In this document: in pieces, positions 15,099-24,141 of the stretch
Numbering within the stretch: position 1 is the first letter of the stretch
Layout: each line of letters starts with the position of its first letter
Source of the DNA: Candidatus Saganbacteria bacterium
GTDB lineage: Bacteria > Margulisbacteria > WOR-1 > JAKLHX01
DNA: 32,000 nt
NCBI GenBank assembly: GCA_026387835.1
Contig: JAPLKZ010000004.1
Location: 41,928 to 73,927 of the forward strand
Direction of reading: 5' to 3'
Notes under the pieces: model-generated
What the model was told of the DNA's origin: nothing
The model's input: the letters and a program-made list of their open reading frames with translations, nothing else
Database searches by the model: none
Made by a program: the position numbers and the translations under genes

Positions 15099-16370
15099 TT
15101 ACCCTACCGACATCCTTTTCCTTCGCGCAAGCGGCGGCAGTATGAAATCGATGACATCATCCACCGTCACGATGCCGAGCAGCCTGTTAAGTTTGTCTAC
15201 GACCGGCACGGCAAGGAGATTGTATTTTGATATCACTTCGGCTACCATCTTCTGGCTCATCTCCGGATGCACGGTTATGATCTTGGTCTTCATGATCTCC
15301 GAGACCGGAGCATCGAGTTTTGATATTATCAGGCTCCTTAACGACAGGACCCCGACAAGATGCTGCGCTTCATCGACCACGTAGAGATAATAGACCGTCT
15401 CGCATGAAGGCGCGAGCTCCCGTATCTTTTCGATCGTCTGCTGGGCCGTAAGGTCTTTCGATATAGTTATGAACTCCGTCGTCATGAGCCCTCCGCCGGT
15501 CTCCTCTCCGTGCTTCAAAAGCTCCTGTATCTCTTCCGCTTTTTTCTGCTTCATGAGCCTCAAAAGCTCGGACGCTTTTTCTTCAGGCAGGTCTCCCAGC
15601 ACGTCGGCAGCCTCGTCGCTGGGCATCCTTTCGATTATGGAAAGCGCTTTTTTGGAGTCAAGGATCCCGATCAGGTAAGCCTGGATACGGGGTTCAAGCT
15701 CGTGAAGGGCTTCCGCGGCGGTCTCGGTCGACAATGACGAAAAAATAGCCGTTTTTTCGTCGATATGAACCTGGCTTATTATATTGGCAATATCCGCGGG
15801 GTGGAGCTTTGAGACCCCCTGGTACGGGACGACCAGCTTTAACCGCGCGATATCTGTCTGTAACGGCTCGACAAAATTCCAGCCTATCAGGTCATCCTTG
15901 AGCTGGATATTGAACACGGCCATCAGAGGAAGCAGTATTTTGTCGAGATGCAGTCTTCTAATAATGCCTTTGAACCCGACTTCAGCTGCGATCAGCCTGA
16001 TATCCATTCCTATTTTCGCGAGCTTCAAGTCGTTGACCCTGACGACCTTGGAGCCGTGGATATCCACTATCTGCTTGTCCATAAGGTCGCGCTGCAGAAG
16101 CATCTCGTTCTCTCTGATGGATGCAAAAGCAATATTGTCTTTTGAGGAATTCGCTGAAATAAGCCTTCTTCCGATATGGTTTATCTCTGACAATAATAAT
16201 ATCTTTTCTTTTTTGCCCCGCCCGAATTTTAATAAAAGTCCTATCACTTTAGGGAACTGGTCGCCCGGTTCGATGACGACGTCGATAACACTGCCGATCT
16301 TTTCTTCGGCCCTGTCGATCACTGTCTGACCGATCATCTCTGAAGCATACATTTCGGTAAAATAGATCAT
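15099..16370 (-). CDS. soluble PRC-barrel + MgtE N-terminal domain + CBS-pair protein (MgtE cytosolic module without a membrane domain)
   Basis: 423 aa. PRC-like N-terminal segments (MIGQTVIDRAEEKIGSVIDVVI...; LMDKQIVDIHGSKVVRVNDLKL...). MgtE_N-like helical region (...AAEALHELEP...IIERMPSDEAADVLGDLPEEKASELL..M). A CBS pair follows (GGLMTTEFITISKD...LYVVDEAQHLVGVLSLRSL...IMKTKIITVHPE...LLAVPVVDKLNRLLGIVTVDDVID). The protein ends right after the CBS pair with no hydrophobic segments. AGGAGG SD 6 nt upstream. Confidence 0.85.
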   Translation of the reverse strand: MIYFTEMYASEMIGQTVIDRAEEKIGSVIDVVIEPGDQFPKVIGLLLKFGRGKKEKILLLSEINHIGRRLISANSSKDNIAFASIRENEMLLQRDLMDKQIVDIHGSKVVRVNDLKLAKIGMDIRLIAAEVGFKGIIRRLHLDKILLPLMAVFNIQLKDDLIGWNFVEPLQTDIARLKLVVPYQGVSKLHPADIANIISQVHIDEKTAIFSSLSTETAAEALHELEPRIQAYLIGILDSKKALSIIERMPSDEAADVLGDLPEEKASELLRLMKQKKAEEIQELLKHGEETGGGLMTTEFITISKDLTAQQTIEKIRELAPSCETVYYLYVVDEAQHLVGVLSLRSLIISKLDAPVSEIMKTKIITVHPEMSQKMVAEVISKYNLLAVPVVDKLNRLLGIVTVDDVIDFILPPLARRKRMSVG

Positions 16371-16395
16371 GAGAAACCTCCTCTTGACTAAAAAA

Positions 16396-16424
16396 ATTAT
16401 ACCACAGGAGGCTTTTTATGTCCG
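16396..16424 (-). promoter_or_regulatory. candidate promoter (CGGACA-17-TGgTATAAT) inside the dprA 3' end and intergenic region
   Basis: The minus strand reads cggacataaaaagcctcctgtggtataat. The TATAAT is the complement of 16396-16401, preceded by TGg. It lies about 25 nt upstream of the ATG at 16370. Confidence 0.4.
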
Positions 16425-17498
16425 ATAAAAATATTTACCGGGCAGCTCTTTTGCAGCGCTCTTAAATATTAAATTCGACAGGATGAAAATGATCTCGGGG
16501 ATGGGTCTTGACGATCTTGACGCTATAGCATCGATATGTGCGGGTTCAAACGCGATGATCTCCATTATCAGCTTTTCGTCTTCCGAGAGCCGGTCCATGG
16601 CAACGACCGAGCTGTTATTAGCAGAGACCGGTATTATGTTGAGTTCTTCCAGTATGTCCCCCGCATTTTCCACAAGCTTTGCTCCCTGCTTGATAAGAGC
16701 GTTCGGCGCCCTGCTGAGGTCCCTGTCTATCTGTCCCGGAAGAGCAAATACATCCCTGTCCTGTTCAACGGCAAAACCCGCTGTTATGAGCGACCCGCTG
16801 TCGGATGATCCTTCTATCACGAGAGTTCCCATCGAAAGGCCTGAAATGATCCTGTTCCTTTTCGGGAAAGCCCACTTATCGATCTCCGCGACCTCATAAT
16901 ACTCGCAGACAAGAGCGCCGCTGCTTATTAATTTTTCTGCCAAACCCCTGTTTTGTGAAGGATATATCTTTTTTATCCCTGTGCCAAGGACAGCTATCGT
17001 CCTTCCTCCCGCTTCGACAGCAGCCTGATGCGCAAAGGAATCTATTCCTATTGCCAGGCCGGAGACGATGGTCACCCCCGCCTGCGCGAGGTCCTTTACC
17101 AGAGCCCTTGTCATGTCCCTTCCGTATGATGAGGGATTTCTTGTGCCTACCACGGCGATGCAGACCGAATCTTCAGGCAGTATTTCTCCTTTTATATACA
17201 AGACCGCGGGAGGGTCGTAAATATTGAGGAGTCTTTTTGGATACGAACTGTCCGAAATTGATATCGCTTTTATCCCGCCGTCAAACTCCGTCCTGATACT
17301 GCCCGGGTCTGCCTGCCGGCTTCTCTTGATATGCGAAGCAAGCTTTTCCCCGATCCCTTCGGCCACGGACAATTTTTCGCTTCCTGCTTTCCATATCTCT
17401 TCAGCTGAACCGAAATGTTCCAGCAGTTTTTTTATCCTCGCGGGACCGAGTTCCGGTATGCCGCTTAAAGCGATGAGGTATTGGGTCTCAGAAGGCAT
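16416..17498 (-). CDS. dprA: DNA processing protein DprA (Smf)
   Basis: 360 aa. N-terminal SAM-like LIALSGIPELGPARIKKLLEHFGS. Rossmann-like core ...VVGTRNPSSYG...IVSGLAIGIDSFAHQAA...VLG.G...YP..N. C-terminal winged-helix-like tail. Confidence 0.9.
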   Translation of the reverse strand: MPSETQYLIALSGIPELGPARIKKLLEHFGSAEEIWKAGSEKLSVAEGIGEKLASHIKRSRQADPGSIRTEFDGGIKAISISDSSYPKRLLNIYDPPAVLYIKGEILPEDSVCIAVVGTRNPSSYGRDMTRALVKDLAQAGVTIVSGLAIGIDSFAHQAAVEAGGRTIAVLGTGIKKIYPSQNRGLAEKLISSGALVCEYYEVAEIDKWAFPKRNRIISGLSMGTLVIEGSSDSGSLITAGFAVEQDRDVFALPGQIDRDLSRAPNALIKQGAKLVENAGDILEELNIIPVSANNSSVVAMDRLSEDEKLIMEIIAFEPAHIDAIASRSSRPIPEIIFILSNLIFKSAAKELPGKYFYRT

Positions 17499-18600
17499 GC
17501 TTTCTTAACTTTTCAAGATAAAGCGGTTTGAGGCTGACGCAGTCATAGGAGAACAATGAGACCCCGTAAAGAGACCCATAATACATCATATAGTGCCTTA
17601 CCATTTTGATCTGGCGGACGGTCATGTCCGCGTCCATTTTAAAAGCTGCGAGCCCCGCAACCACCGAATTTTTCTTTTTGGAAAGCGACGCGTCAAGAAG
17701 GACCATATCCTTTATTTTGTCCGGATCATCTGAATAGATCATCGGCACGACAAAATCCACTATGCCGTTATTGAGCCACGAAAGCCAGTCCTGGCCTTTA
17801 TCTTCCCTTGCTTCGACGATGTCCGGATATACGGCCGCGGACAAAGAAATATCCCTGCCCGACCGTTTTAACGCCTCCTTTAACCCGGCTACAAGTCCCG
17901 TCACGTTAGCGCACCTGTAATCAGTCCATTTATCCTTTATTTTCCTGTAACCGTCAGGCCCGTAATTATCTTTTAGACATTGCGGGTTTGTGACCAGATA
18001 TGAAGGGTCGACACCGAACGAATTGAAATATTGCCTCTTAGAATAATTATCAAAACCGGACTTTGAGTCAGGATATCTAATATAATCAAGATGCAACCCG
18101 TCGACATCATATTTTTCCGCGACTTCCAGGCAGACATCTTTCAGATGGTCCCTTACTTCTTTGTATGCCGGGTTCAGGAAAAGCATAGGCCTTGTCTCGA
18201 GTATCCATTCGGGGTGCAGTACGACGATATGGTCCTGCTGTTCCGGAGCCTCGGAAGTTGACCATACAAGGAATGTGTTTATCCATGCATGGACACTTAT
18301 CCCCCGGCTGTGGGATTTTTCGACAGTATATGCCAGGGGGTCAAATCCGGTATCGACGGATGGAAGTATGTCCGACCTGTAAAAAGCAACGCCTCTGCCG
18401 CAGACCTGTACAAAGAGCGTGTTAAAGCCGTTCTCCGCCGCGGCTTTCACGAAATTATCGATCTTTTCTTTTGAATCCATCTTAAACCTTGTCACCCACA
18501 TTGCTTTCACATAAGCGTATGAGCAATCTGCCCGCCATGCGTAAAAGACCGACACAATGACAATGATTAGAAAGAGAAAAAAGAGCCTTTTGGGGTTCAT
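17488..18600 (-). CDS. glycoside hydrolase-like family 10 (DUF187/YngK-type) secreted or membrane-anchored protein
   Basis: I prefer the ATG at 18600 ([22 protein letters not shown]..., a signal/anchor). It forms an ATGA overlap with the folE stop. [22 protein letters not shown] and [10 protein letters not shown] are typical of GHL10. The track start at 18936 would add 112 Arg/His/Pro-rich residues read out of frame through folE. Confidence 0.8.
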   Translation of the reverse strand: MNPKRLFFLFLIIVIVSVFYAWRADCSYAYVKAMWVTRFKMDSKEKIDNFVKAAAENGFNTLFVQVCGRGVAFYRSDILPSVDTGFDPLAYTVEKSHSRGISVHAWINTFLVWSTSEAPEQQDHIVVLHPEWILETRPMLFLNPAYKEVRDHLKDVCLEVAEKYDVDGLHLDYIRYPDSKSGFDNYSKRQYFNSFGVDPSYLVTNPQCLKDNYGPDGYRKIKDKWTDYRCANVTGLVAGLKEALKRSGRDISLSAAVYPDIVEAREDKGQDWLSWLNNGIVDFVVPMIYSDDPDKIKDMVLLDASLSKKKNSVVAGLAAFKMDADMTVRQIKMVRHYMMYYGSLYGVSLFSYDCVSLKPLYLEKLRKHAF

Positions 18601-19160
18601 TTGCTCTTTATGAGGGAAAGGGCTTCTGCCCTGGTTGCGGCATTCCTGCGGAATATGCCCCTGACAGCCGAGGTCGTCGTGATGGCCCCGGGCTTTTTGA
18701 CCCCGCGCATCGACATGCAAAGGTGTTCGGCTTCTATGATCACCAGTACACCGTGGGGGTTCATTTTCTTCATCAGCAGGTCTGCGATCTGGGATGTCAG
18801 CCTTTCCTGCACCTGTGGCCTCTTTGCAAAAGCCTCCACTACCCGCACGAGCTTTGAAAGGCCGGTTATGTGGCCCTTTCGCGGGATATAGACTATATGC
18901 GCCATGCCGATGAAAGGGATAAGATGATGCTCGCACATCGAGTAAAAAGGTATGTCGCGGACCATCACCATCTCTTCGTGGTCTTCATTATGGAACATGG
19001 TCAGCTCTTTGGCAGGATCTTTTGAAAGCCCGGCAAAGAGTTCCGCGTACATCCTTGCGACCCTTGCGGGCGTGCCCTTGATGCCCTCGCGGTCGACATC
19101 CTCGCCTATGGCCTCAAGTATTTCTTTTACTGCTTTTTCTATCTTTTTAAGGTTGATCAT
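18597..19160 (-). CDS. folE: GTP cyclohydrolase I
   Basis: 187 aa. ...[12 protein letters not shown]... and ...RPQVQERLT... are typical of FolE type 1. Confidence 0.95.
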   Translation of the reverse strand: MINLKKIEKAVKEILEAIGEDVDREGIKGTPARVARMYAELFAGLSKDPAKELTMFHNEDHEEMVMVRDIPFYSMCEHHLIPFIGMAHIVYIPRKGHITGLSKLVRVVEAFAKRPQVQERLTSQIADLLMKKMNPHGVLVIIEAEHLCMSMRGVKKPGAITTTSAVRGIFRRNAATRAEALSLIKSK

Positions 19161-19162
19161 CT

Positions 19163-20821
19163 TTAAAATATCCCGCGTACACAGCCTTCATCGTCGATAT
19201 CCATATTTTCCGCTGCCGGATGTTTCGGAAGGCCCGGCATTGTCATTATATCACCGAGGTACGCTATGATGAATCCTGCTCCCGCGGCGATCTTCATTTT
19301 TTTTACTTTTATCGTGAAACCTGCAGGCGCTCCGAGCCTTGTGTGATCATCCGTAAAAGAGAACTGGTTCTTCGCGATACAGACCGGCAGGGATGAATAT
19401 CCTTTTTTCTTTATTATCCCGAGATCTGTTTTTGCCTGTTCCGAAAACTCAACGCCGTCAGCACCGTATATCTTTACCGCGATGCTCCGGATCTTCTCTT
19501 CAATAGAGGCATTGACATCGTACAAGAAAGAAATATCCGCCTTTTTATTATTTATCGGTCCGGCTACTTCCTTAGCGAGCCCTATCCCGCCTTTACCGCC
19601 GTTTTCTCTTACATCGCAGACAACGCACTTTATTCCTATCTCTTTACATCTGTCGCATATCATCTTTATTTCTTCCGGACTGTCAAAATCATATTTATTG
19701 ACCGCCCCGATCACCGGGATCCCGTAATTTCTAAGGCCCGCTACATGTCTATCCATATTTGCAAAGCCTTTTTTCAGCGCCTCCTCGTCCCTGTCCTTGT
19801 ATTTGTCCTTGACAGCTCCGCCCTGCCATTTCAGAGCTTTTGTGGTTATTACCAGGACGATGCAAGAGGGTTTTAAGGCGCCGGTCCTGCATTTAATATC
19901 GAAGAACTTTTCTGCCCCGAGGTCGGATCCGAACCCCGCTTCCGTCACCACATAGTCCGCCAGTTTCAGCGCCAGTTTTGTCGCTATCAGACTATTGCAA
20001 CCGTGGGCGATATTTGCAAAAGGGCCTCCGTGGACGAATGCCGGGACTCCTTCCACCGTCTGGACAAGATTTGGTTTTATCGCTTCTTTAAGCAGAAGCG
20101 CCATCGCGCCCGAGGCTTTTAGGTCACATGCAGTGACCGGCTCACCGCCTTTTGAAAAACCGACGACTATCCTGCCCAGTTTTTCTTTCATCTGCGCGAT
20201 GCTCATAGAAAGACAAATGACTGACATGACCTCGGAAGCGGCCGTGATCTCAAACTGCGCGGTCCTTTCTATTTCTTTGAACTTATAAGTTATGCTGCGG
20301 AGCGCCCTGTCGTTCATGTCGACGACCCTTGTCCATGTAATCCTGTCCTTGTCTATCCCGAGCTCATTTCCGAAATAAAGATGGTTATCGATCATCGCGG
20401 CAAGGAGATTGTGCGCGGCTCCTACCATATACATATCACCGGTAAAATGAAGGTTGATGTCTTCCATCGGGAGCACCTGCGAATACCCGCCTCCCGCTGC
20501 GCCGCCTTTTATTCCCATCGTAGGGCCGAGAGACGGCTCCCTTATACAGACCATGGTTTTCTTTCCTATTTTCTTTAAAGCCTGCGCCAGACCGATCGTC
20601 ACCGTCGTTTTCCCCTCGCCAAAAGGCGTCGGGGATATCGTAGTGACAAGTATCAAACTCCCGTCCTTTTTCTTCACCCTTTTCTTATAAGCCGAAAGAT
20701 AAATCTTTGCGATATGCCGTCCGTAAAGCTCTATCTCGCTCTTTTTCAACCCGAGCGATGCCGCGATCTTTTCTATCGGCAGGAGTTTACACTTCTTCGC
20801 GATCTCTATATCGGAGACCAT
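19163..20821 (-). CDS. fhs: formate--tetrahydrofolate ligase
   Basis: 552 aa. MVSDIEIA...[10 protein letters not shown]...[20 protein letters not shown] is typical of Fhs. Confidence 0.95.
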   Translation of the reverse strand: MVSDIEIAKKCKLLPIEKIAASLGLKKSEIELYGRHIAKIYLSAYKKRVKKKDGSLILVTTISPTPFGEGKTTVTIGLAQALKKIGKKTMVCIREPSLGPTMGIKGGAAGGGYSQVLPMEDINLHFTGDMYMVGAAHNLLAAMIDNHLYFGNELGIDKDRITWTRVVDMNDRALRSITYKFKEIERTAQFEITAASEVMSVICLSMSIAQMKEKLGRIVVGFSKGGEPVTACDLKASGAMALLLKEAIKPNLVQTVEGVPAFVHGGPFANIAHGCNSLIATKLALKLADYVVTEAGFGSDLGAEKFFDIKCRTGALKPSCIVLVITTKALKWQGGAVKDKYKDRDEEALKKGFANMDRHVAGLRNYGIPVIGAVNKYDFDSPEEIKMICDRCKEIGIKCVVCDVRENGGKGGIGLAKEVAGPINNKKADISFLYDVNASIEEKIRSIAVKIYGADGVEFSEQAKTDLGIIKKKGYSSLPVCIAKNQFSFTDDHTRLGAPAGFTIKVKKMKIAAGAGFIIAYLGDIMTMPGLPKHPAAENMDIDDEGCVRGIF

Positions 20822-20901
20822 AATACAGGCATTTTATCATAAATCAGTGAAATTTTTGGTTTTTCAAGACGATATAAAAGTAGTATATAGAAATAATAAA
20901 C

Positions 20902-22230
20902 ATGGCATTAATAATAAGAAAAGGACTTCCGCAATTATCTGCGGTCCCACATGCCGTATTCAGCGGTAACCTATATGGTTCCGACCCGAAGTATTCCAGG
21001 CGTATCTTCCCGAAAACTCCGGAACAAAGATTAACTACATTAGATGACGTATTCTCGGTATCGACAGTTTTCGGCCTGAAAGTCATAATCGTGCCAGACC
21101 AGAAAACTGCCGCGTATTTAGGCGCGGGAATAACTCTGAAAGCTTTTGAAGCTTTGGGAAATGAAAAGGCAACACTCGGCGTGTCAGCCGGAGGGACATG
21201 GGAAGAAACTAGATACGCGCTCGGGATGCCTGAATTTTCAAAAAACATATTCGGAATGAGCCTGCCCGTTAACAGGATCCCGTTCGTGGGTTCGATCGAT
21301 GAATATGCCCTGCACAGGTCGCTGTACGACAAGATCACGGATGATATAGGTTCCGAATCCGATTTTATCGCCAACCGCCAGTCGCCCTGGACTTTTATGG
21401 GTGAACATCTTCTCTGGATGAACGCCGCCGGTTTTAATGAAGAGCAGTACATTGGCCCGCCTGTCAGATATGAATATGCGGATATTGAAGCATTAAGGAT
21501 ATTTGAAGATGTTCTAAAAAAGTATTTTGGCTGTTCTCTCGTCCAGTGGCACGGCATAGGGATAAACGGGCATGACGGTCAGTGCGAGCCCGGGGATTAT
21601 GATCCTGTAAAAGAAGGTTTCAGGCTTTCAAGGTTGACCGATGCCACACGGATACAAAATACGGGAGGTTTTGTCCCTTCTTTTAAAACAACAGGATATT
21701 TAAGGGGCACGATGTTCAGGGATGTAGCCGCTGCATACGGGCTTCTGACATTCAATGAAATCATCAGTAAATGTCAGGTGCTTGCCGCGTCTTTTCACGG
21801 CGATAATGTACCTGATGAATTATCGTATGTTGAGCTTGAAGTGTACCGGGATTTTATGAGATCATTTGCTTCTTCCTGGGACAGCGTCCTTAAAACCGCA
21901 AAAAGGGTCCCCGCTTTCGGGCTTACCCGCGGTACCGGAGAGATGGCGCACGCATCAGACCTTCATCTTTTCATGGCCACCGGCGGGCACAAAGCTCTTG
22001 CGATGAAAAATGTCCTTGAGAAGCCGGTCAGTCCAAGATGGCCGTCATCCAGCCTTCAGACATACCCCAGGTCTGTAGTGATAATCGACAGCCTGGCAGC
22101 TCGCTTGTTGAACCGTAACGATATGTATTTTGTATTTGAAGCTGATGAAAGCACCGCTGAAAAGATCAGCCAATTCGATCTCGCATCTTTAAAGGCAAAG
22201 TTCTGGGATAGGCTTGACCGGAAGGGATAA
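20902..22230 (+). CDS. divergent NagB/6-phosphogluconolactonase-superfamily (glucosamine-6-P deaminase-like) protein with an N-terminal extension and a large insertion
   Basis: 442 aa. It aligns by eye to E. coli NagB at several points. LGVSAGGT matches LGLPTGGT. VGSIDEYAL matches FNMDEYVGL. HGIGINGHDGQCEPG matches GGVGNDGHIAFNEPA. VPAFGLTRGTGEMAHASDLHLFMATGGHKALAMKNVLE matches [37 protein letters not shown]. The antisense ORF 20844-21557 is rejected. Confidence 0.7.
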   Translation: MALIIRKGLPQLSAVPHAVFSGNLYGSDPKYSRRIFPKTPEQRLTTLDDVFSVSTVFGLKVIIVPDQKTAAYLGAGITLKAFEALGNEKATLGVSAGGTWEETRYALGMPEFSKNIFGMSLPVNRIPFVGSIDEYALHRSLYDKITDDIGSESDFIANRQSPWTFMGEHLLWMNAAGFNEEQYIGPPVRYEYADIEALRIFEDVLKKYFGCSLVQWHGIGINGHDGQCEPGDYDPVKEGFRLSRLTDATRIQNTGGFVPSFKTTGYLRGTMFRDVAAAYGLLTFNEIISKCQVLAASFHGDNVPDELSYVELEVYRDFMRSFASSWDSVLKTAKRVPAFGLTRGTGEMAHASDLHLFMATGGHKALAMKNVLEKPVSPRWPSSSLQTYPRSVVIIDSLAARLLNRNDMYFVFEADESTAEKISQFDLASLKAKFWDRLDRKG

Positions 22231-22233
22231 AGT

Positions 22234-24141
22234 TCAGGCCTGTGATCTTCTTATCGTCCCGGCGATCCCCTGAGAGTACAATCCGTATTTTTCTAAAATA
22301 AAATCTCTTTTTCCCGCTTCGATGAACTTGTCGGGAAGGCCGATCCTCTTCACCGGTTTTATTATCTTTTCTTCTTCAAGTAGCTCGAGGACCGCGGAGC
22401 CGAAACCACCCTGGAGGCATCCTTCTTCGACGGTGACTATCTGACCGGCTTCTTTCGCTTCTTTCACGATAAGATCCCTGTCAAGAGGTTTTACAAACCG
22501 GGAATTGATGACAGTGGCGCTTACAGCGTCCTTTTCAAGCATCTTTGCCGCTTCTATCGAAGGGTGTACCATTGAACCGATAGATATGATCAAAATCGTT
22601 TCGGATTTCGGATTTCGGATTTCGGATTTATAAACTATCTCTCCTTTTCCTATCTCTATCTTCTTAAGCTCACCGTCCATTTTTACACCGGTAATCTTCG
22701 TTTTCGGGTACCTGAGCGATATCGGACCATCGTGATTTATCGCCGTAAAGATCATGTGCTGCAGTTCATTCTCATCCTTCGGCGCCATCACGACCATGTT
22801 CGGCAGGTGTCTCATATACGCGAGATCGAACACGCCGTTATGCGTAGGCCCGTCATCCCCTACCACCCCCGCCCTGTCCATGCAGAAAACGACATGGAGA
22901 TTCTGCAGGCAGACATCATGGAATATTTGGTCGTAAGACCTCTGCAGAAAAGTCGAGTAGATCGCGCACACCGGGACCATCCCGCCTTTTGCCAGGCCGG
23001 CCGCAAAGATCACCGAGTGCTCCTCCGCTATGCCGACATCGTAAAATCTGTCAGGATAAGCTTTCGCGAACTCGTCAAGTCCGGTACCCTCGACCATCGC
23101 GGCTGTCACTGCCACGATATTTGGATCCTTTAAACCCAGGCGCAGGACAGTCTTCCCGAATATCTCTGTATATGTCGCCGGCAGGCTTTTTACCAGAGGC
23201 TCACCGGTCTTTACATCGAACGCTGCAACACCGTGAAACTTAGTCGGGTTCTTTTCCGCGGGAGGGTATCCTTTCCCTTTCTTTGTAAGGATATGAAGAA
23301 GTATGGGTCTCTGCACCTCTTTTGCAAATGAAAGGGCGCTCATCAGCAGGGTTATATTGTGCCCGTCAATAGGCCCGAGGTATTGTATGCCGAACTCTTC
23401 GACGATCACCTCGGTCTGGAAGTTTATGATAAAGTTTTTCATCCTGTTCTTCAATTTTTCGGCGATCTTGAACATAGGCATCCCGATCTTAGGGATCTTT
23501 TTTACCAATTTTTCTACGCGCGCCTTGGTCTTGGTGTAGATCGGGTTCATCCGCACTTTTGTGAAATATTCGGCAAGGGCCCCGACATTCTTTGATATGG
23601 ACATCTCGTTGTCATTAAGGATGATGACGAGGTTGCTCTTCAGGTTCATCGCGTTATTGATCGCTTCAAGAGAAAGTCCTCCCGACAGCGATCCGTCCCC
23701 TATGGCCGCGACTACTTTATAATCTTTTCCTAAAAGATCTCTCGCCTTGGCAAGCCCTATGGCGGACGAAATGGCAGTGCTGGCGTGCCCGGTCGTGAAC
23801 TGGTCATGCTCGCTTTCCTCCGAAGAGGGGTATCCGCTTATCCCGTCATACAGCCTCAGGGTACCGAACTGCTTTAGCCTTCCGGTCAATATCTTGTGCG
23901 CATATGACTGATGGCCTACGTCCCAGATGATCTTATCGGAGGGGGAATCAAAGATCGTGTGCAGCGCGATCGAAAGCTCGACGGAGCCCAGGTTGGAAGA
24001 CAGGTGGCCGCCGTTCCTTGAAACTGTATCAATTATCACCGTCCTGATGTCTTTCGCAAGCTCATCCAGCTCGGGACCGGACAGTTTTTTTAGGTCGGAC
24101 GGAAGATCAAGTCTGTCAAGCAACAAAGGAGTATACTCCAA
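22234..24141 (-). CDS. dxs: 1-deoxy-D-xylulose-5-phosphate synthase
   Basis: 635 aa. GGHLSSNLGSVELSIALH, WDVGHQSYAHKILTGR and the TPP motif IGDGSLSGG...ILNDNEMSIS are present. TTG start at 24141. An alternative TTG five codons downstream has a GGAG SD. Confidence 0.95.
   Translation of the reverse strand: MEYTPLLLDRLDLPSDLKKLSGPELDELAKDIRTVIIDTVSRNGGHLSSNLGSVELSIALHTIFDSPSDKIIWDVGHQSYAHKILTGRLKQFGTLRLYDGISGYPSSEESEHDQFTTGHASTAISSAIGLAKARDLLGKDYKVVAAIGDGSLSGGLSLEAINNAMNLKSNLVIILNDNEMSISKNVGALAEYFTKVRMNPIYTKTKARVEKLVKKIPKIGMPMFKIAEKLKNRMKNFIINFQTEVIVEEFGIQYLGPIDGHNITLLMSALSFAKEVQRPILLHILTKKGKGYPPAEKNPTKFHGVAAFDVKTGEPLVKSLPATYTEIFGKTVLRLGLKDPNIVAVTAAMVEGTGLDEFAKAYPDRFYDVGIAEEHSVIFAAGLAKGGMVPVCAIYSTFLQRSYDQIFHDVCLQNLHVVFCMDRAGVVGDDGPTHNGVFDLAYMRHLPNMVVMAPKDENELQHMIFTAINHDGPISLRYPKTKITGVKMDGELKKIEIGKGEIVYKSEIRNPKSETILIISIGSMVHPSIEAAKMLEKDAVSATVINSRFVKPLDRDLIVKEAKEAGQIVTVEEGCLQGGFGSAVLELLEEEKIIKPVKRIGLPDKFIEAGKRDFILEKYGLYSQGIAGTIRRSQA
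22599..22629. repeat. perfect heptanucleotide tandem repeat (TCGGATT x4, plus partial flanking units) inside dxs
   Basis: The plus strand reads tt TCGGATT TCGGATT TCGGATT TCGGATT ta. Full units lie at 22601-22628. On the coding strand this encodes KSEIRNPKSE, so the peptide has a 7-aa period. Confidence 0.9.

Noticed and set aside
16418-16465. 15-codon plus-strand mini-ORF (MSDKNIYRAALLQRS) with a perfect AGGAGG SD 6 nt upstream, antisense to the dprA 3' end.
   Set aside because: The SD-like sequence is the complementary arm of the anti-SD/SD inverted repeat of the minus-strand gene. The ORF is tiny and has no promoter, so it is most likely a by-product of the palindrome.
18601-18936. 112-codon N-terminal extension of the GHL10 ORF (track start 18936), overlapping folE in another frame.
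   Set aside because: The extension is Arg/His/Pro/Gly-rich out-of-frame sequence. The internal ATG at 18600 gives a proper signal/anchor peptide and an ATGA coupling to the folE stop.
20822-20860. Possible leaderless or near-leaderless fhs mRNA. A TGaTAAAAT extended -10 ends only 9 nt before the ATG, and no SD is present.
   Set aside because: There is only a single weak -10 match with no -35. It cannot be distinguished from chance in AT-rich intergenic DNA without 5'-end mapping.
20844-21557. 237-aa minus-strand ORF opposite the NagB-like gene.
   Set aside because: No homology signal was found. The plus-strand frame carries clear NagB-superfamily motifs over its full length.
22599-22629. 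The heptamer repeat considered as a CRISPR-like or regulatory repeat array.
   Set aside because: The units are contiguous with no spacers, only 7 nt long, and lie inside the dxs coding frame. It is a simple microsatellite.
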